NCBI RefSeq assembly: GCF_009834535.1 | Contig: NC_045707.1 | Location: 52,950,001-53,014,000, forward strand | Direction of reading: 5' to 3' | DNA length: 64,000 bases | DNA from: Camelus ferus | Lineage: Eukaryota | Shown: positions 26,201-35,759 of the stretch, in pieces | Layout of the letters: the number at the start of each line of letters is the position of its first letter | Position numbering within the stretch: the first letter of the stretch is position 1 | Translations under genes and position numbers: made by a program | Notes under the pieces: generated by a model | Databases searched by the model: none | What the model was told of the DNA's origin: nothing | What the model saw: the letters and a program-made list of their open reading frames with translations, nothing else

Positions 26201-29200
26201 ACTTAACATAAGCCAGGCGTCTCAAAGGACGAGAGCAGCCCGGGAAACGCTGGCATCCAGAGGCAGCAGCAGAATAAGCAGTTAGCAGATGTCAGAGCCC
26301 AGGCCGGTGCTGCATTGAAGATGGCCAAGGGCTGATGCTTGTGAAAGGGGGTGAGGGGTAGTAGGGCCAGTGTGGGGCAGCTTCACAGAAAGGAGGACAA
26401 GTGACATTCAGAGTTTTAAAAATCTGGTTAGAATTGTGGTCCTTTATCTTTACCCAGCTCTGAGACCTCAGGCAAAGCCATTCAATCTCTGGCCTTGCGG
26501 TTTCCTGGGGTTAAAAGGGTAACGTGTTTGAGGGTGTCATCAGTCTCCCTTCCCCCACAGTGGGGGTGACCAGCTGGTGGGGAGCCTTGCCCAGGACTGA
26601 GACACATACTGTCCTGGATCTGGAGTTCTCCTCCCAGACACTGAAGTTGCAAGCAGGCGGGGATGGGCACCAGCCGGCAAAGGGGTGAGGGCAGGGGCCA
26701 GTGAGAGCGTCCTTGGTGCAGGCCTTGTCCAGGGCAAGCGTCCCTGAATCACCAGGACCTCAGGAGTAGCTAGAACCAGTCTGAGAATGTCTGCAGAGTT
26801 GGTGCCAGGCAACTGTGGTTCACGCTGATGCGAGTAGCAGTCGTGGCCTCATGCTATGACTTAAGGGCTAGAAGTTCAATAGCTAAGATCTTAGGACTGT
26901 TTTAGGAATTCTTTCTTTCTATACTGTTTACTTGTCTTCTGGTCATTCACATTCCCTACCATATCATTTGACATTCCTACAATCACTTAAATTTTATCAT
27001 GTGTCTCTGTTAATGCTGAATCCATGATTTTGAACAATCTCACATTTACTCTTTAAAAAAACAAATGTAACAGGTACAGCTTCTTCCCACCAACCTGTGA
27101 GGAGCCTTCGAGAGAGAAGCGCCGACCTCCCTGTCCTGGACGTGCAGGCCGCGGCCCGGGAGCAGGGGGAGGGCATGGAGGACACCGACACCGAGTCCAC
27201 GCCGCCCACCGGCGCCCGCACCCCCTTCCTGGAGCAGCTGCTGAATTACCCTGAAGCGAAGCTCGGTGTGTTTGTCTGTTTAATTGTGTGTTTGTTTAAC
27301 TCTGCTGTCCTGTCTCATATTACTGTAGTTTATAAATGCTTTTTCAGCTGCTCTAGTAAAATTTTATTCAGTATTCCACCCTTTTTCAAATGGAAAACTT
27401 ACCTGCAGAATGAAGCAAGAAAAATTTTTTTAAATGTTTTTTTAGTAAAATGCTAGTTCTGCCCACAGCTGGAGGCAGAAGTAGGTGGTGGGAAGTTCTG
27501 TGCTGGGATGAGAAGTGGGATAAACTATTCTCCCACCTTCTGAGAAACCGGCAGTTTTTTATTTATTCCTCGTAATAATGCTCAGTTTGCCTTATTCAAG
27601 ACAGCTTTATTCTTCCCTGTAATGAACATTAATTCCCTAATTCGGGGGACTCTGTTTGCCATCTTCCTGAGTTTCTGGGTCTAGCGGGAGGACGGGTCAC
27701 GGGTGTCCTCAGCCCTGGGTCATAGTGAGCGGACACTATAGTCATGGTTCCTCCTGGAGAAGGTGGTCCTGGGACAGGCGAGTCGTGCCAGCATGGCCGT
27801 GACTCCAGAGTGGCACTTGGCTTTGTGACTCGTGCCAGAGTTACTGGTTGACTCTGAGCCGTTCCCTCGTGTACAACATGTGAATGATAATACCCACCAC
27901 CCCACGTAAACTTCTTAGGCAAATTCGTGGTTTAAGTGCTACTTCCTCCTCCCTAAGTTACTAGACGGAGGAGGGTGAGACCGGTAAACTGGTGCCCAGA
28001 CGCCCGCCCCACGGGTCCCAGGATGAGCTCGTGGGCCTGTGTCTGGCGGGGGACGGGGGACCTGCTTCTCGGCAGAGTCTGTCCCGTCTGTGCCACCAGG
28101 AACCTGTTCCCCAGGATGTCTATGTGAGACATTACAGCAGGAAATATCCCCCTGAGGGGGCTTTCTCATTCACAACCTCCCTCTCTGACCTCTCGCTTTG
28201 GAAACTAACCACAGGACCCATACCTTGCAGAGTCCCCTTCGTGGCACACTGAATTTACCAAAGAAGAGTTGGCCCAGAAGCTCAGCTCCACCACAAAAAG
28301 CGCGGACCACTTGAATGGCCTGCTGCGGGACTCAGAGGCCACCAACGCCATGCTCATGGAACAGATTAAGGTGAGGCGGGAGGCTGCCTGGTCTCCAGAC
28401 TCTGCGTACAGCCATGTTAACAGTGCCCGTGGCGCATGCGTCCGTTGTGACTCCTTGTGACGTTACGTTCCTGACGTTGCAAAGTGTTGACTGCAATTAT
28501 ATCTGTTATATAAAAACTAATTCCTACTTTTTCCAGGAAACCATAGTAGATTTAGAAACTGGACAGATGCTCACAAGTCCCACATGTGCTTAAATAAAAC
28601 TGGGACGGATGTGGGTCCCCCCTGGGTTGTAAAGGTGAACGGTGGAGCTTTCTGATTGACAGCAGGGTGGAGGGGAGGCTTTCCTGCTGAACATGGACAC
28701 CGGAAACCTGTAGGACAAGGCGGTTGAGGATGACGTTGGTGTTTGCATCGCGACTTGCTGATACTGTGGTCCTGCTGTTTTCTGACCAGTTACCCCAAGG
28801 CAGGCCCTGCCTTCCCATGTTTTTTCGTGGTGAGGCCTCACCGTGGCTGAGCGAGAACAGCTGAGGCTGATGGCGGGGGAACATTCAGACCCCAGTCTGC
28901 TTTGCCCTGGACCGCACTTCCCCCAAGAGATCACCCTGCTGCTGCACAGGGCCAGGGGCTGTCCCTACCAAATTCTTTTCTTAATGCTCAGTCATTCAGC
29001 TATTTTCAGTAAACTGCATACACCAGGACGTCCTACCTCTAAATACTTCGGTATGCGTCTCTGTAAGCTACATAAAACACCACCTTCCCACGTGGTCAAG
29101 GTGTTACCACAGCTGACAAACCACTACCTAGCTCAGAGCCTGAGTGTTCAAACTGACATTCTCCCGTGATTTCTTGGACCTCGTCACTGTTTTAGACGAC

Positions 29201-32142
29201 CCTGGGTTTTAAGACAGAGGTGGCCAACTTTCTTGGATGAACCTGAAACGGTGAAATGTGACAATATGTTCTTGCTTCAACCTGGAAGTCTTCCTCAGAG
29301 GCTCCACACCCTGCGTCTTTGTCATGTCATCTGTGCCGTGTCCGGTAGTCTCCAGGCTGCCGTCCGTTCCTGAGTTTGCACTAGGTTACGTGCTGTTCGC
29401 CTGTCTTGTCAGTCGCCTGCCCGCCTGGGCTCCAGGCGCCGGGCAGGGCGGGGGTCGGCCCCCTCCCCACGTGCGCGGGCTTCCCCGGGGGCCTCGCCTG
29501 CCCCGGCGCCGTGTGCTCTGGTCCGAGTCACCCGCTCCCCGTCTTCAGGGGTTTCTCGGTATTTCTCATCTGCTTTTCTCTCCTGACCTAGCAGCTCCTT
29601 TAGTGCCGTGCTTTGGGGCATTTCGGGGGAAGAGAAGGAGAATGTGTGTGTTCGGCCTGCCACGTTTGGCCGTTTCTCCCTCCTTTCTCATCTCCAGCTC
29701 CTGAAGAGTGAGATCAGGCGGCTGGAGAGGAACCAGGAGCGCGAGAAGTCGGCGGTGAGCCTGGAGTACCTGAAGAACGTCCTGCTGCGCTTCCTGCTCC
29801 TGCAGCCCGGCAGCGAGAGGGCACGGCTGCTGCCCGTGGTGGGCACCATGCTGCAGCTCAGCCCCGAGGAGAAGGCCCAGCTGGCCGCCGCGGCCCGAGG
29901 TGGGTGCGGGAGGGCCCGGGGCGGCCGTGCCTCGGGGCCGTCCCTCTCAGACTGTGCTCACCTGCGTGAGTTCCGTCGTACTTGTAACTGGGACCAGGTG
30001 GGAAAGCTGGGTTTTTAACATTTTAGGGCAACTGCAGTGCTTTTATAACAGTTTGACACACAGCAGAACACAGGGCGGTGTCCAATTTGATCCTCCAGTT
30101 CTTTGGAAATTGGATTTGTAATCCTGGCGTTGAACTCTGTCCAAGAATGTGGTTTCCTCTCGTCTCCTAGTTTCCTAATGCGTGTCTGCTTGTTCTCGCC
30201 CGAAGCTCCGTGAGGAGTCCAGCCGTACCCCGCACGCAGGCCCCTCCGGCGTGTGCAGCTTTAAAGATGCTCTGCATTTGGAGCTCAGGTTTTCATGTGA
30301 GATGGGTTTAGTGCTGTGATTTCATAAGCGCCTTTGAAATGACTCACATTCAGCTGCTGTAGTTTCTGGTCTCAGATGGCTGCTTAAGGGTCGATCGTGG
30401 TCTCCTTGTTTCAGTTCTTACACACTTAGTGTTACCATTTCCCAGCACACAGAGAATGCTGGAGGGCCCCTTGAGGCTGTCACCCACCTTTGACAACTCA
30501 GCTCTCGCTCAGTCGTCCTTTGGCCGGGGCAGAGCAGAGCCCCACACGGGGTAGATTCCCCAGTGAGTCTGGACTCCTCTGCCCCTGCACCTGCTCCTGT
30601 TCAGCGTCCTGCGCTGTCGCAAAGCTCTCTTTATGCCTCCCTGATAGGACTCACGGTGCCTTTGGTCGATGTCCCTTAAGCTTTGTCTTGTTTTTGTTAT
30701 TTCCAGCTATTCCATGTTCCTTCTGTAGCATGTCATTCATTAGTTGAAGAAGCTGGTCGTTGCTCCTGTGGAAGTTCTGATCTGGACTTGACACTTCGGG
30801 GCAGCTTTTAACACTGTCCCAGTGTTGCCTGTAAATCAGCAGTTAGTCTCTAGTCAGATCCAGGTGCCGTTGGTGGGGAGGGACAAAAACGCCCTCCAGG
30901 ATTTATTTGTGTCAATCATAAAAAAAAGATAAAAAGAGAAACTGGAACACTCAGTACAAAATGATACAACCACCTTGGGGACTTTTGGCATTTTTTGAAG
31001 TCAAACATATCTTCAGAAAAATCACTTACATGTAGAATCTGAAAAAAAGACACAAGTGAACTTAAAAAACAGAAACAGACTCATAGACAGAAAACAAACT
31101 TAGGGTTACAGGGGCAGGTGAGCAGTGGGGAGGGATAAATTGGGAGCTTGAGGTTTGCAGATACTAATATCTATAAAATAGATAAACAACAGTATAAACT
31201 GTACAGCACAGGGAACTATAGTCATATCTTATAATGACCTATAATGAAAAAGAATATGGAAAGAAATATATGTATGTACACATGACTGAAATATTGTGCT
31301 GGGCACCAAAAATTGATACAATGTTGTAAACCAACTATACTTCAACTGAAAAGAATAAAATGAAATACTTTAAAAAATAGCTTATCTTCACTGACCACAA
31401 CAGTCCCATGCTGAGGTTTTTATTCCAAGAGAAATGAAAACTCAAAACCTATTTATACATAATAGTTTTCACTTCCTGATCCCCTCCCCCACACACCAGC
31501 TTTACCTTGATTACTAAAAACAAGAAACAACTGGGACCCCCTTCGCTGGTAAATGCATGAACTGGTCCAGCCGCACGGTGGGTTCGTTGCAGCGAGCAGT
31601 GCACAGCAGCGTGGGTGACTGGGTGCCCTGGGGTCCTGTTCGTGTGACTTGTGGAAAAGGCAAAACGGAGGACAGATCAGTGGTTGGGGGGGCGGGGGGT
31701 GGAAACACTCCTCCCTGGCCGGGGGGTTGGGGTAGGAGGCTGCGCCTTGAAAGGACTGACTTTACCATAAATAGCTTCTTCCTGAAGGAACCTAGTTTCC
31801 AGATGGTTAAAAATCAGTTGTTGTTTCCAGTCTCTTTGGTTTAATTTTGAAGTTTACCATAAATCTATTGATTTTAAATTTTAAGTTAAGTTATATGAAG
31901 ACCTCTGATTTAAAGGAGTGTAAGAAGGTCCCCTGTTGTCGGAAATACTTAGCTGTGTGGGGACTTGACTTGGGGTTGTCTAACGGGGAAAGACATTAAG
32001 TGCTGACAGTCTGAGGACAGAGGGCTGTGAAGGGTGGAAGGAGAGAGACTAATCCTGTCTTTTGCCCCCAGGTGAGGAGGAAAACGCCTCCCGCGCCTCC
32101 GGCTGGGCCTCCTACCTGCACAGCTGGTCTGGACTTCGGTAA
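2753..32142 (+). CDS. GCC2: GCC2/GCC185 golgin, spliced CDS (5'-partial; 19 exons, probably exons 5-23 by human numbering): long coiled coil with C-terminal GRIP domain
   Basis: 19 exons with AG/GT boundaries join in frame (4842 nt, 1613 aa + TAA). The translation matches GCC185 as I recall it, from ALTERLDAVLLEKAE to LEYLKNVLL...GWASYLHSWSGLR*. LIMS1 lies downstream, as in human. Confidence 0.97.
3550..6024 (+). CDS. GCC2: GCC2 giant coiled-coil exon (825 codons)
   Basis: tttttatag|AAC ... AAG|gtacgt; 2475 nt; contains the E/K/L/Q-rich ORF 3565..6039. Confidence 0.97.
6728..6797 (+). CDS. GCC2: GCC2 exon (DSLEKSPSVESDQPSVKEFEEKI)
   Basis: ctag|GAT ... ATA G|gtaact; 70 nt, phase 0/1. Confidence 0.9.
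7060..8260 (-). mobile_element. Decayed LINE-2 (with a probable short MIR piece around 7460-7560)
   Basis: Purine-rich L2-type motifs such as ggagttcagttttagac, ttaaaagccatgagattg..gatcaccaagga and aaggagactgagaagga..gccagtgaggtag. Confidence 0.55.
9168..9268 (+). CDS. GCC2: GCC2 exon (YLEKESKEKEEKINKLKLVAVKAKKELDSSRKE)
   Basis: tttttag|GA ... GAG|gtaagg; 101 nt, phase 1/0. Confidence 0.93.
9364..9462 (+). CDS. GCC2: GCC2 exon (AQTLREELESIHSERDQLSASMRDLIQGAESYK)
   Basis: acag|GCC ... AAG|gtaaaa; 99 nt; preceded by a 95-nt intron. Confidence 0.93.
9778..9880 (+). mobile_element. tRNA-derived SINE, diverged copy
   Basis: ggggagggatacagtcagtggcggagcac..gcatgca..gtcctgggttccatctccagtgcctc resembles the other SINE copies in the window. 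Confidence 0.65.
10010..10200 (-). mobile_element. LINE-2 3' end fragment
   Basis: ttcaacaaatatttg..ccagg..tactggggagat..aaacagacgaagttcctgccc is typical of an L2 tail. Confidence 0.5.
10453..10551 (-). mobile_element. tRNA-derived SINE (camelid-type) with 12-bp target-site duplication
   Basis: tRNA-like head with A/B boxes on the minus strand; caagaatagcta repeated at 10441-10452 and 10552-10563. Confidence 0.9.
10705..10905 (-). mobile_element. MIR SINE
   Basis: ctaagcaccttgcatat..atttaattctcaaaacaaccc..gaggaatctgaggcatag..ggatttga is a MIR core pattern. Confidence 0.7.
11175..12125 (+). mobile_element. LINE-1 3' fragment (ORF2 C-terminus plus 3' UTR, L1M type)
   Basis: ORF 11323..11673 (..DPAAVLLSIYPKELKS..CTQMFVAPLFVIAKTW..KCPS) is an L1 ORF2 tail; gaaaatgcaaatcaaaacaacagtgag motif. 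Confidence 0.88.
13652..13771 (+). CDS. GCC2: GCC2 exon (NLLIEYDKQSEQLDIEKERASNSEHRVEDLTKQLRNLTFQ)
   Basis: ttttattgaag|AAT ... CAG|gtaact; 120 nt. Confidence 0.9.
14228..14392 (+). CDS. GCC2: GCC2 exon (CEKLNSDNEDLQARVETLQSNSRLLEVQILEVQKAKAIADKELEAEKLQKEQKIK)
   Basis: ttctag|TGT ... AAG|gtataa; 165 nt. Confidence 0.93.
14695..14799 (+). CDS. GCC2: GCC2 exon (EHANSVNELGELQLQLQKEKKQLQKTMQELELVRK)
   Basis: ttttag|GAG ... AAG|gtaaaa; 105 nt. Confidence 0.93.
15410..15525 (+). repeat. Five copies of a ~23-bp tandem repeat (TAACTGACCTAGTGTCGTGTGGA)
   Basis: Units start at 15410, 15433, 15456, 15478 and 15501. Confidence 0.92.
15549..15711 (+). CDS. GCC2: GCC2 exon (DAQQTTLMNMEIADYERLMKELNQKLANKNSKVEDLEQEIKIQKQKQETLQEEM)
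   Basis: tgcag|GAT ... ATG A|gtgagt; 163 nt, phase 0/1. Confidence 0.93.
16160..18070 (-). mobile_element. Old LINE-1 fragments, antisense
   Basis: T-rich L1 antisense motifs (ttatttagaaatgtg, ctgaccataattgtggattt, ttttgcttcatgtatttagaaactctg, ctgacaatctctgccatttaattgg). Confidence 0.7.
17086..17224 (-). mobile_element. MER58-like hAT/Charlie DNA transposon fragment nested in the L1
   Basis: agccacatccat..gtctgtggctacttt..gagtagttgtaac..gtatggcc..tattatctg..gtttaccaacccct; homologous to the element at 19386. Confidence 0.65.
19386..19570 (+). mobile_element. MER58A-like hAT/Charlie MITE
   Basis: Begins caggggttggcagacgttttctgtaaagggccagacagtaaata, matching the MER58A 5' end as recalled. 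Confidence 0.75.
19787..19887 (+). CDS. GCC2: GCC2 exon (SLQASVQQHEAKNNKIKQLLVKTKKELADSKQA)
   Basis: cccactag|CC ... GCG|gtatgc; 101 nt, phase 1/0. Confidence 0.92.
19984..20061 (+). CDS. GCC2: GCC2 exon (ETDHLILQASLKGELEASQQQVEVYK)
   Basis: ctgtag|GAG ... AAA|gtaagg; 78 nt. Confidence 0.92.
20134..20200. repeat. Compound microsatellite (AC)n(TC)n
   Basis: Directly visible. Confidence 0.97.
20611..20748 (+). CDS. GCC2: GCC2 exon (IQLAEVTSDKHRAHEQLKVSAEQHQRTLAAYQQRLAALQEECRAAK)
   Basis: ctccctag|ATC ... AAG|gtgcgt; 138 nt. Confidence 0.93.
21488..21609 (+). CDS. GCC2: GCC2 exon (AEQAATTSEFESYKVRVHNVLKQQKNKSVSQTETEGAKQER)
   Basis: ttacag|GCA ... GAA AG|gtaaag; 122 nt, phase 0/2. Confidence 0.93.
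22987..23163 (+). CDS. GCC2: GCC2 exon (EHLEMLIDQLKIRLQDTQNNLQMSVSELQTLQSEHDALLDRHNRTLQEAVAKEAELRDR)
   Basis: tgtttcag|A ... GAC AG|gtaggg; 177 nt, phase 2/2. Confidence 0.93.
25297..25477 (+). repeat. ~70-bp tandem repeat (about 2.6 copies) that includes the 3' splice site
   Basis: Units start tggacgtctg/tggacatctg at 25297, 25369 and 25437. Confidence 0.9.
25478..25695 (+). CDS. GCC2: GCC2 exon (LSSLQSEGSLLRSEHAQAVSQLTAQNEALGSSFREQVRHLQEEHQRTVETLQGQLARAEAQLAQHRSEPPAR)
   Basis: ctctcccacag|G ... AGA A|gtgcgt; 218 nt, phase 2/1. Confidence 0.88.
27074..27265 (+). CDS. GCC2: GCC2 exon (TASSHQPVRSLRERSADLPVLDVQAAAREQGEGMEDTDTESTPPTGARTPFLEQLLNYPEAKL)
   Basis: taacag|GT ... CTC G|gtgtgt; 192 nt, phase 1/1. 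Confidence 0.87.
28231..28370 (+). CDS. GCC2: GCC2 exon (SPSWHTEFTKEELAQKLSSTTKSADHLNGLLRDSEATNAMLMEQIK), Rab-binding coiled coil
   Basis: branch-like CTAAC at 28205; ccttgcag|AG ... AAG|gtgagg; 140 nt, phase 1/0. Confidence 0.93.
29698..29899 (+). CDS. GCC2: GCC2 exon encoding the GRIP domain (LLKSEIRRLERNQEREKSAVSLEYLKNVLLRFLLLQPGSERARLLPVVGTMLQLSPEEKAQLAAAAR)
   Basis: tctccag|CTC ... CGA G|gtgggt; 202 nt; GRIP hallmarks EYLKNV and L.LSPEE present. Confidence 0.96.
31021..31372 (+). mobile_element. LINE-1 3' UTR end of artiodactyl (L1_Art-like) type
   Basis: aaacagactcatagac..aaaacaaactta.ggttac..gggataaattgggag..tgtacagcacagggaactata..aactatacttcaa followed by an A-rich tail. Confidence 0.82.
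32072..32142 (+). CDS. GCC2: GCC2 last coding exon (GEEENASRASGWASYLHSWSGLR*)
   Basis: CTAAT branch-like site, ttttgcccccag|GT ... CGG TAA at 32140-32142. Confidence 0.95.
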
Positions 32143-33680
32143 CTGACGAGGAGGCATCGCTTATTAACCAAATAGAACCCATTTGGCAAAAGGTCACGTG
32201 TGCTGCTCTTCTGTTGTCCCAGAGCATGTGCGCGTGACTCACATCTGCACAGACTTGTACATACGCGAAGGTGGTAAAGGGGGCGGCCGCGGCCTGTCAC
32301 CCTATGCCCACTGTGGCCACGGACCCTGAGGAGCCCCGGACAACTTGCCCCCGGAGCTTCAGGCCCGCCCGTCGGGCAGTGCTGTGAATTCTAAAGTGAA
32401 GCCCAATTTTGATCCTGTACCAACTGGAATTTAGGCTGTTAACACAATGTTATGAGAGCATTTATGGCAAGGTCGGGCTTGCAGATAGATTGTTATTCGT
32501 GATCAATTGTTAAAGAAAATCTGTGAATCAGAACGCGAAGGAAAGCGCTTTCTTGACAGACTTGACACATTTATGAAGGGACTGCAAGGTGCACACGTTG
32601 CAATGAATTGCGAGACAGTTAAAATGCAGTTCTTCTGGTGATTACTGTAAGGCGAGCTGTTCTTTCGTTCTCTAAAGCGTGTCATCTCGGAAGCTGTTCT
32701 TGGTCAGGAGCCCCGGCAGTGCCGGGCACGTGTGGACGGGGCCACCGCGGGTGCCGGTGGTTCCCGGGGGGCAGGTGTCCCCAGGCTCTTGGCCTTCAGC
32801 GACTTCTGAGCCAGGGGTCTGCTCTGAGAATTCTCCTGGCTCCACAGACGGCAGCGCCCCGGGCCGCGGCTGGGCCCTCAGCATCGTGTCTGCGTGTGGA
32901 CGTGGTGCCACCGCGTTGCAGCAGGTAAGTCGCTCTGAGGCTCCACGCCGGCCCCTCAGCCTCTGGGGAGACGCTTTCACAGTTCTTGGGAACAGCTCCA
33001 GGTGGTGGTGTTACTTACCTTTGATGCCTCTGAATATTTTATTGACCAGATCAAAAATGTGTTCCTAAATGGTAAATGTGAGAATTCTATTTTTAATATT
33101 TATTTGTTAAAAATCACCTCACAGTATGCTCTATGACGTTCTCTCAAGCCTTCCAATTTCTACTCTGATTTTCAGTCTCAGCTGCTGAACTGACTTTGTA
33201 CTTCGGTTACTCAGAACATTGATCTCCAGTTTAACTGAAATGTGCTGCTGACACGTTGAGTTTGCTCTTTAAAAAATATCTCATATACCTGTCTTTCTTC
33301 CTGTTTTAGAAGAACAGACCTAACTAGTGAATGTATTAATGAAAATGCATCTATTTCCAAGCTGAATTTAAAAGTTTAGTTTTTTCACTTTATACCAAAC
33401 TGTGAACATGAGTATGCTTGTAGCGTACAATGCAACTGTTATCATATTTAAACACATTTCACTTTCTCTGTAAGTCTAGGCCGCTTTGAATCCTTTATCA
33501 ACTTGTTTTGAAATATAGTCTCTACCTATGGATGCAATAATCGAAATGCCTTTTTGCATGATAAAAAAAATTACTACTTTAATTACCGAAGGGATATCCT
33601 TTCATGGCTTCAGCAATGAGAGGAAATGTAATGATTATTTTAATATTTCTATTAAATATGTTTACCTGTATATTCTTATG
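32143..33680 (+). other. GCC2: GCC2 3' UTR (3' end approximate)
   Basis: Follows the stop codon; AU-rich blocks at 33030-33700 end near an ATTAAA. Confidence 0.6.
33651..33656 (+). terminator. Candidate GCC2 polyadenylation signal ATTAAA
   Basis: ATTAAA in U-rich context with an upstream TGTA and downstream T/GT-rich sequence. Confidence 0.55.
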
Positions 33681-35759
33681 CCTACTTGCTTTCTGTTAGA
33701 CACTGTCCCCTTGGGGTTTTAAATTAGTTTATGATGTGGGATGCAGACCCCTTCGCTCCTGTCTGTATGCAGCCGGGGCCTGGGGCACCAGGTGCCTGGG
33801 AGAACAGGGGGCCTACTAGGTCTGTGATTGCAGCCCGCAGTGCCTGCCGCGGCTGACACCCCCGTCTGCCCGAAACCCGGGCCCCCGCTTTGTGTGGGCA
33901 CCTCCCAGGTTGCGGTGGCCTCTGTGCCGGGGGCTCTCATGTGCGGCAAGCTCTGTTTGTGCTCCAGACAGTGTGAGATGAACAACTTTCCTTTAAACAA
34001 ACTGTGGCAGAAGCGAACCACTCACTAGCAGAGCTAAGTCTCGCTAAAGACGCGCAGTGCCCGTGTGCTTAAACCCCACGTTAGTTGATGATGAAAATAC
34101 GTCGTGTTGAGAATGTGAAAGTTCCCATAAAGATACAGCCCTGGTGTCCAGTGAGCAGCAGAACACCAGCCGGGTCACCCGTGAGACTAAACCGGAATGT
34201 GGGCGTGGCATCGGCCCAAGACTGTTGTGTTTTGATTTGGTGTCTGAAAACCAGCAGCGGCTTCAAAATAAGCCTGGGGGACAGCCTGATACAACTTTGC
34301 AGGTGACTTTGGGCTGATTCCCATCCACAGGTGTTAAAAAGCACTTGGTTGTTTAGGTGTTGGTTATATATCGAAGGGAACTTTTTTTTAACCTGCATTC
34401 AAAATGTGATTACATGGGGAAAAGAATCAAGTCCTGACATTCAAGTTGCTACTTTAAAAAAAAAAAATAGATTCATGTGAGTAAAACACGGACAATGGCG
34501 AGGAAACCTGATTGCAGCTTCCACAATGCAGGTGACCCCCTGGTTCCCCTGGAGGAGGGGCTCCCTTCGAACCCAGAGTCTGCCTGGCATTTGGGATGGC
34601 AGAGTGCTGTCTCCTCCACCCCTTCTGTTCCCGGGGACATCTGCCTTAACCCCGACCGCTCAGCGGGGCGGGGGGCCCAGCCGTGAGCAGCTGAACCAGA
34701 GGCAGAGCCCCAGCCCGGCCCGGCCCAGTCAGTCAGCATCTCCCTGCACCTCGACGTGCAGAGGTGGGAGCTCCAGACGCCCCGCCGGGAAGAGCCCACC
34801 AGCAGGGCAGAGGGGGCCGAGCTGCCCTGCAGAGAGCTCCTGGCCGGCAGATAATATACAGAGTGAGCTCTTGATAGTAAAGTTTCAATAGCAAAAAAAG
34901 GAAAAAAGATGTGAGCAAAAAGAAGCAGACTATTAATAAGGGACAAATTCTTATCTAGGGAGCTCAGAATTTAATAGTCTCTGAAAACAAAATAGAAAAT
35001 TTCCAAGAAGCGCTACAAGAAACCTTTGCACAAGGAAAGACGAGGTCAGAGTAAAGGGCCCCACAGAGGCCCTGCAGGGACAGCCTCGACTCAGCAAGAG
35101 ACTCGGGGTCCTCTGACTTTCCATGGGGCGAAAGTAGCACATATTCTGGAGACACTGTTCTTGGAATTCTGAATTGCGCTCTTCTCCTAGGTGGGCGGGC
35201 GTGTGCCACGTAAACCCCCTGTGATTCTGAGACGAGGGGTTGGGGGGAGGCACAGCCGTCAGAGGGCGAGCGACACGGTGCTGAGGATGCAGCAGCCTCA
35301 CCATCAGTGGATGAGGAGGACTGTTCCCCTTTCTGCCCTCAGGGCCTCTCAGGAAGCCACACGAGACAGTTACACTGACTATAAAATGGGCTGGGTGTCA
35401 GGTGACTCTGCCCCACGGCAGGCTGGTGCAGGTGTCCTGAGAACTGAGCTTAGGCTGAGCTGCGATGTGGGGGGGCGTTAGGGGAACTGAACGCAGTTTC
35501 CACTCGCGGTCAGTTGTTGGAGCAGAACCCTATGGGAAGCGGAGGAAGAGCTGTCTGAATGAAACAGGAATATCGATGTATATTTTTAGAACAAAAAGAG
35601 GGTCCTGAAAAGTTTCCAAAGGGAAAAGGCAAGTTGCAGACGCAGGATGGGATAGGGAAAGCACATCAGACCTCCCCATAGCACCACCGCACCCCGGCAG
35701 GCCCCGGCAGGCCCTGGGAGGCACCTTCAGAATCCTCCAACCTGGAATTCTCTAACAAC

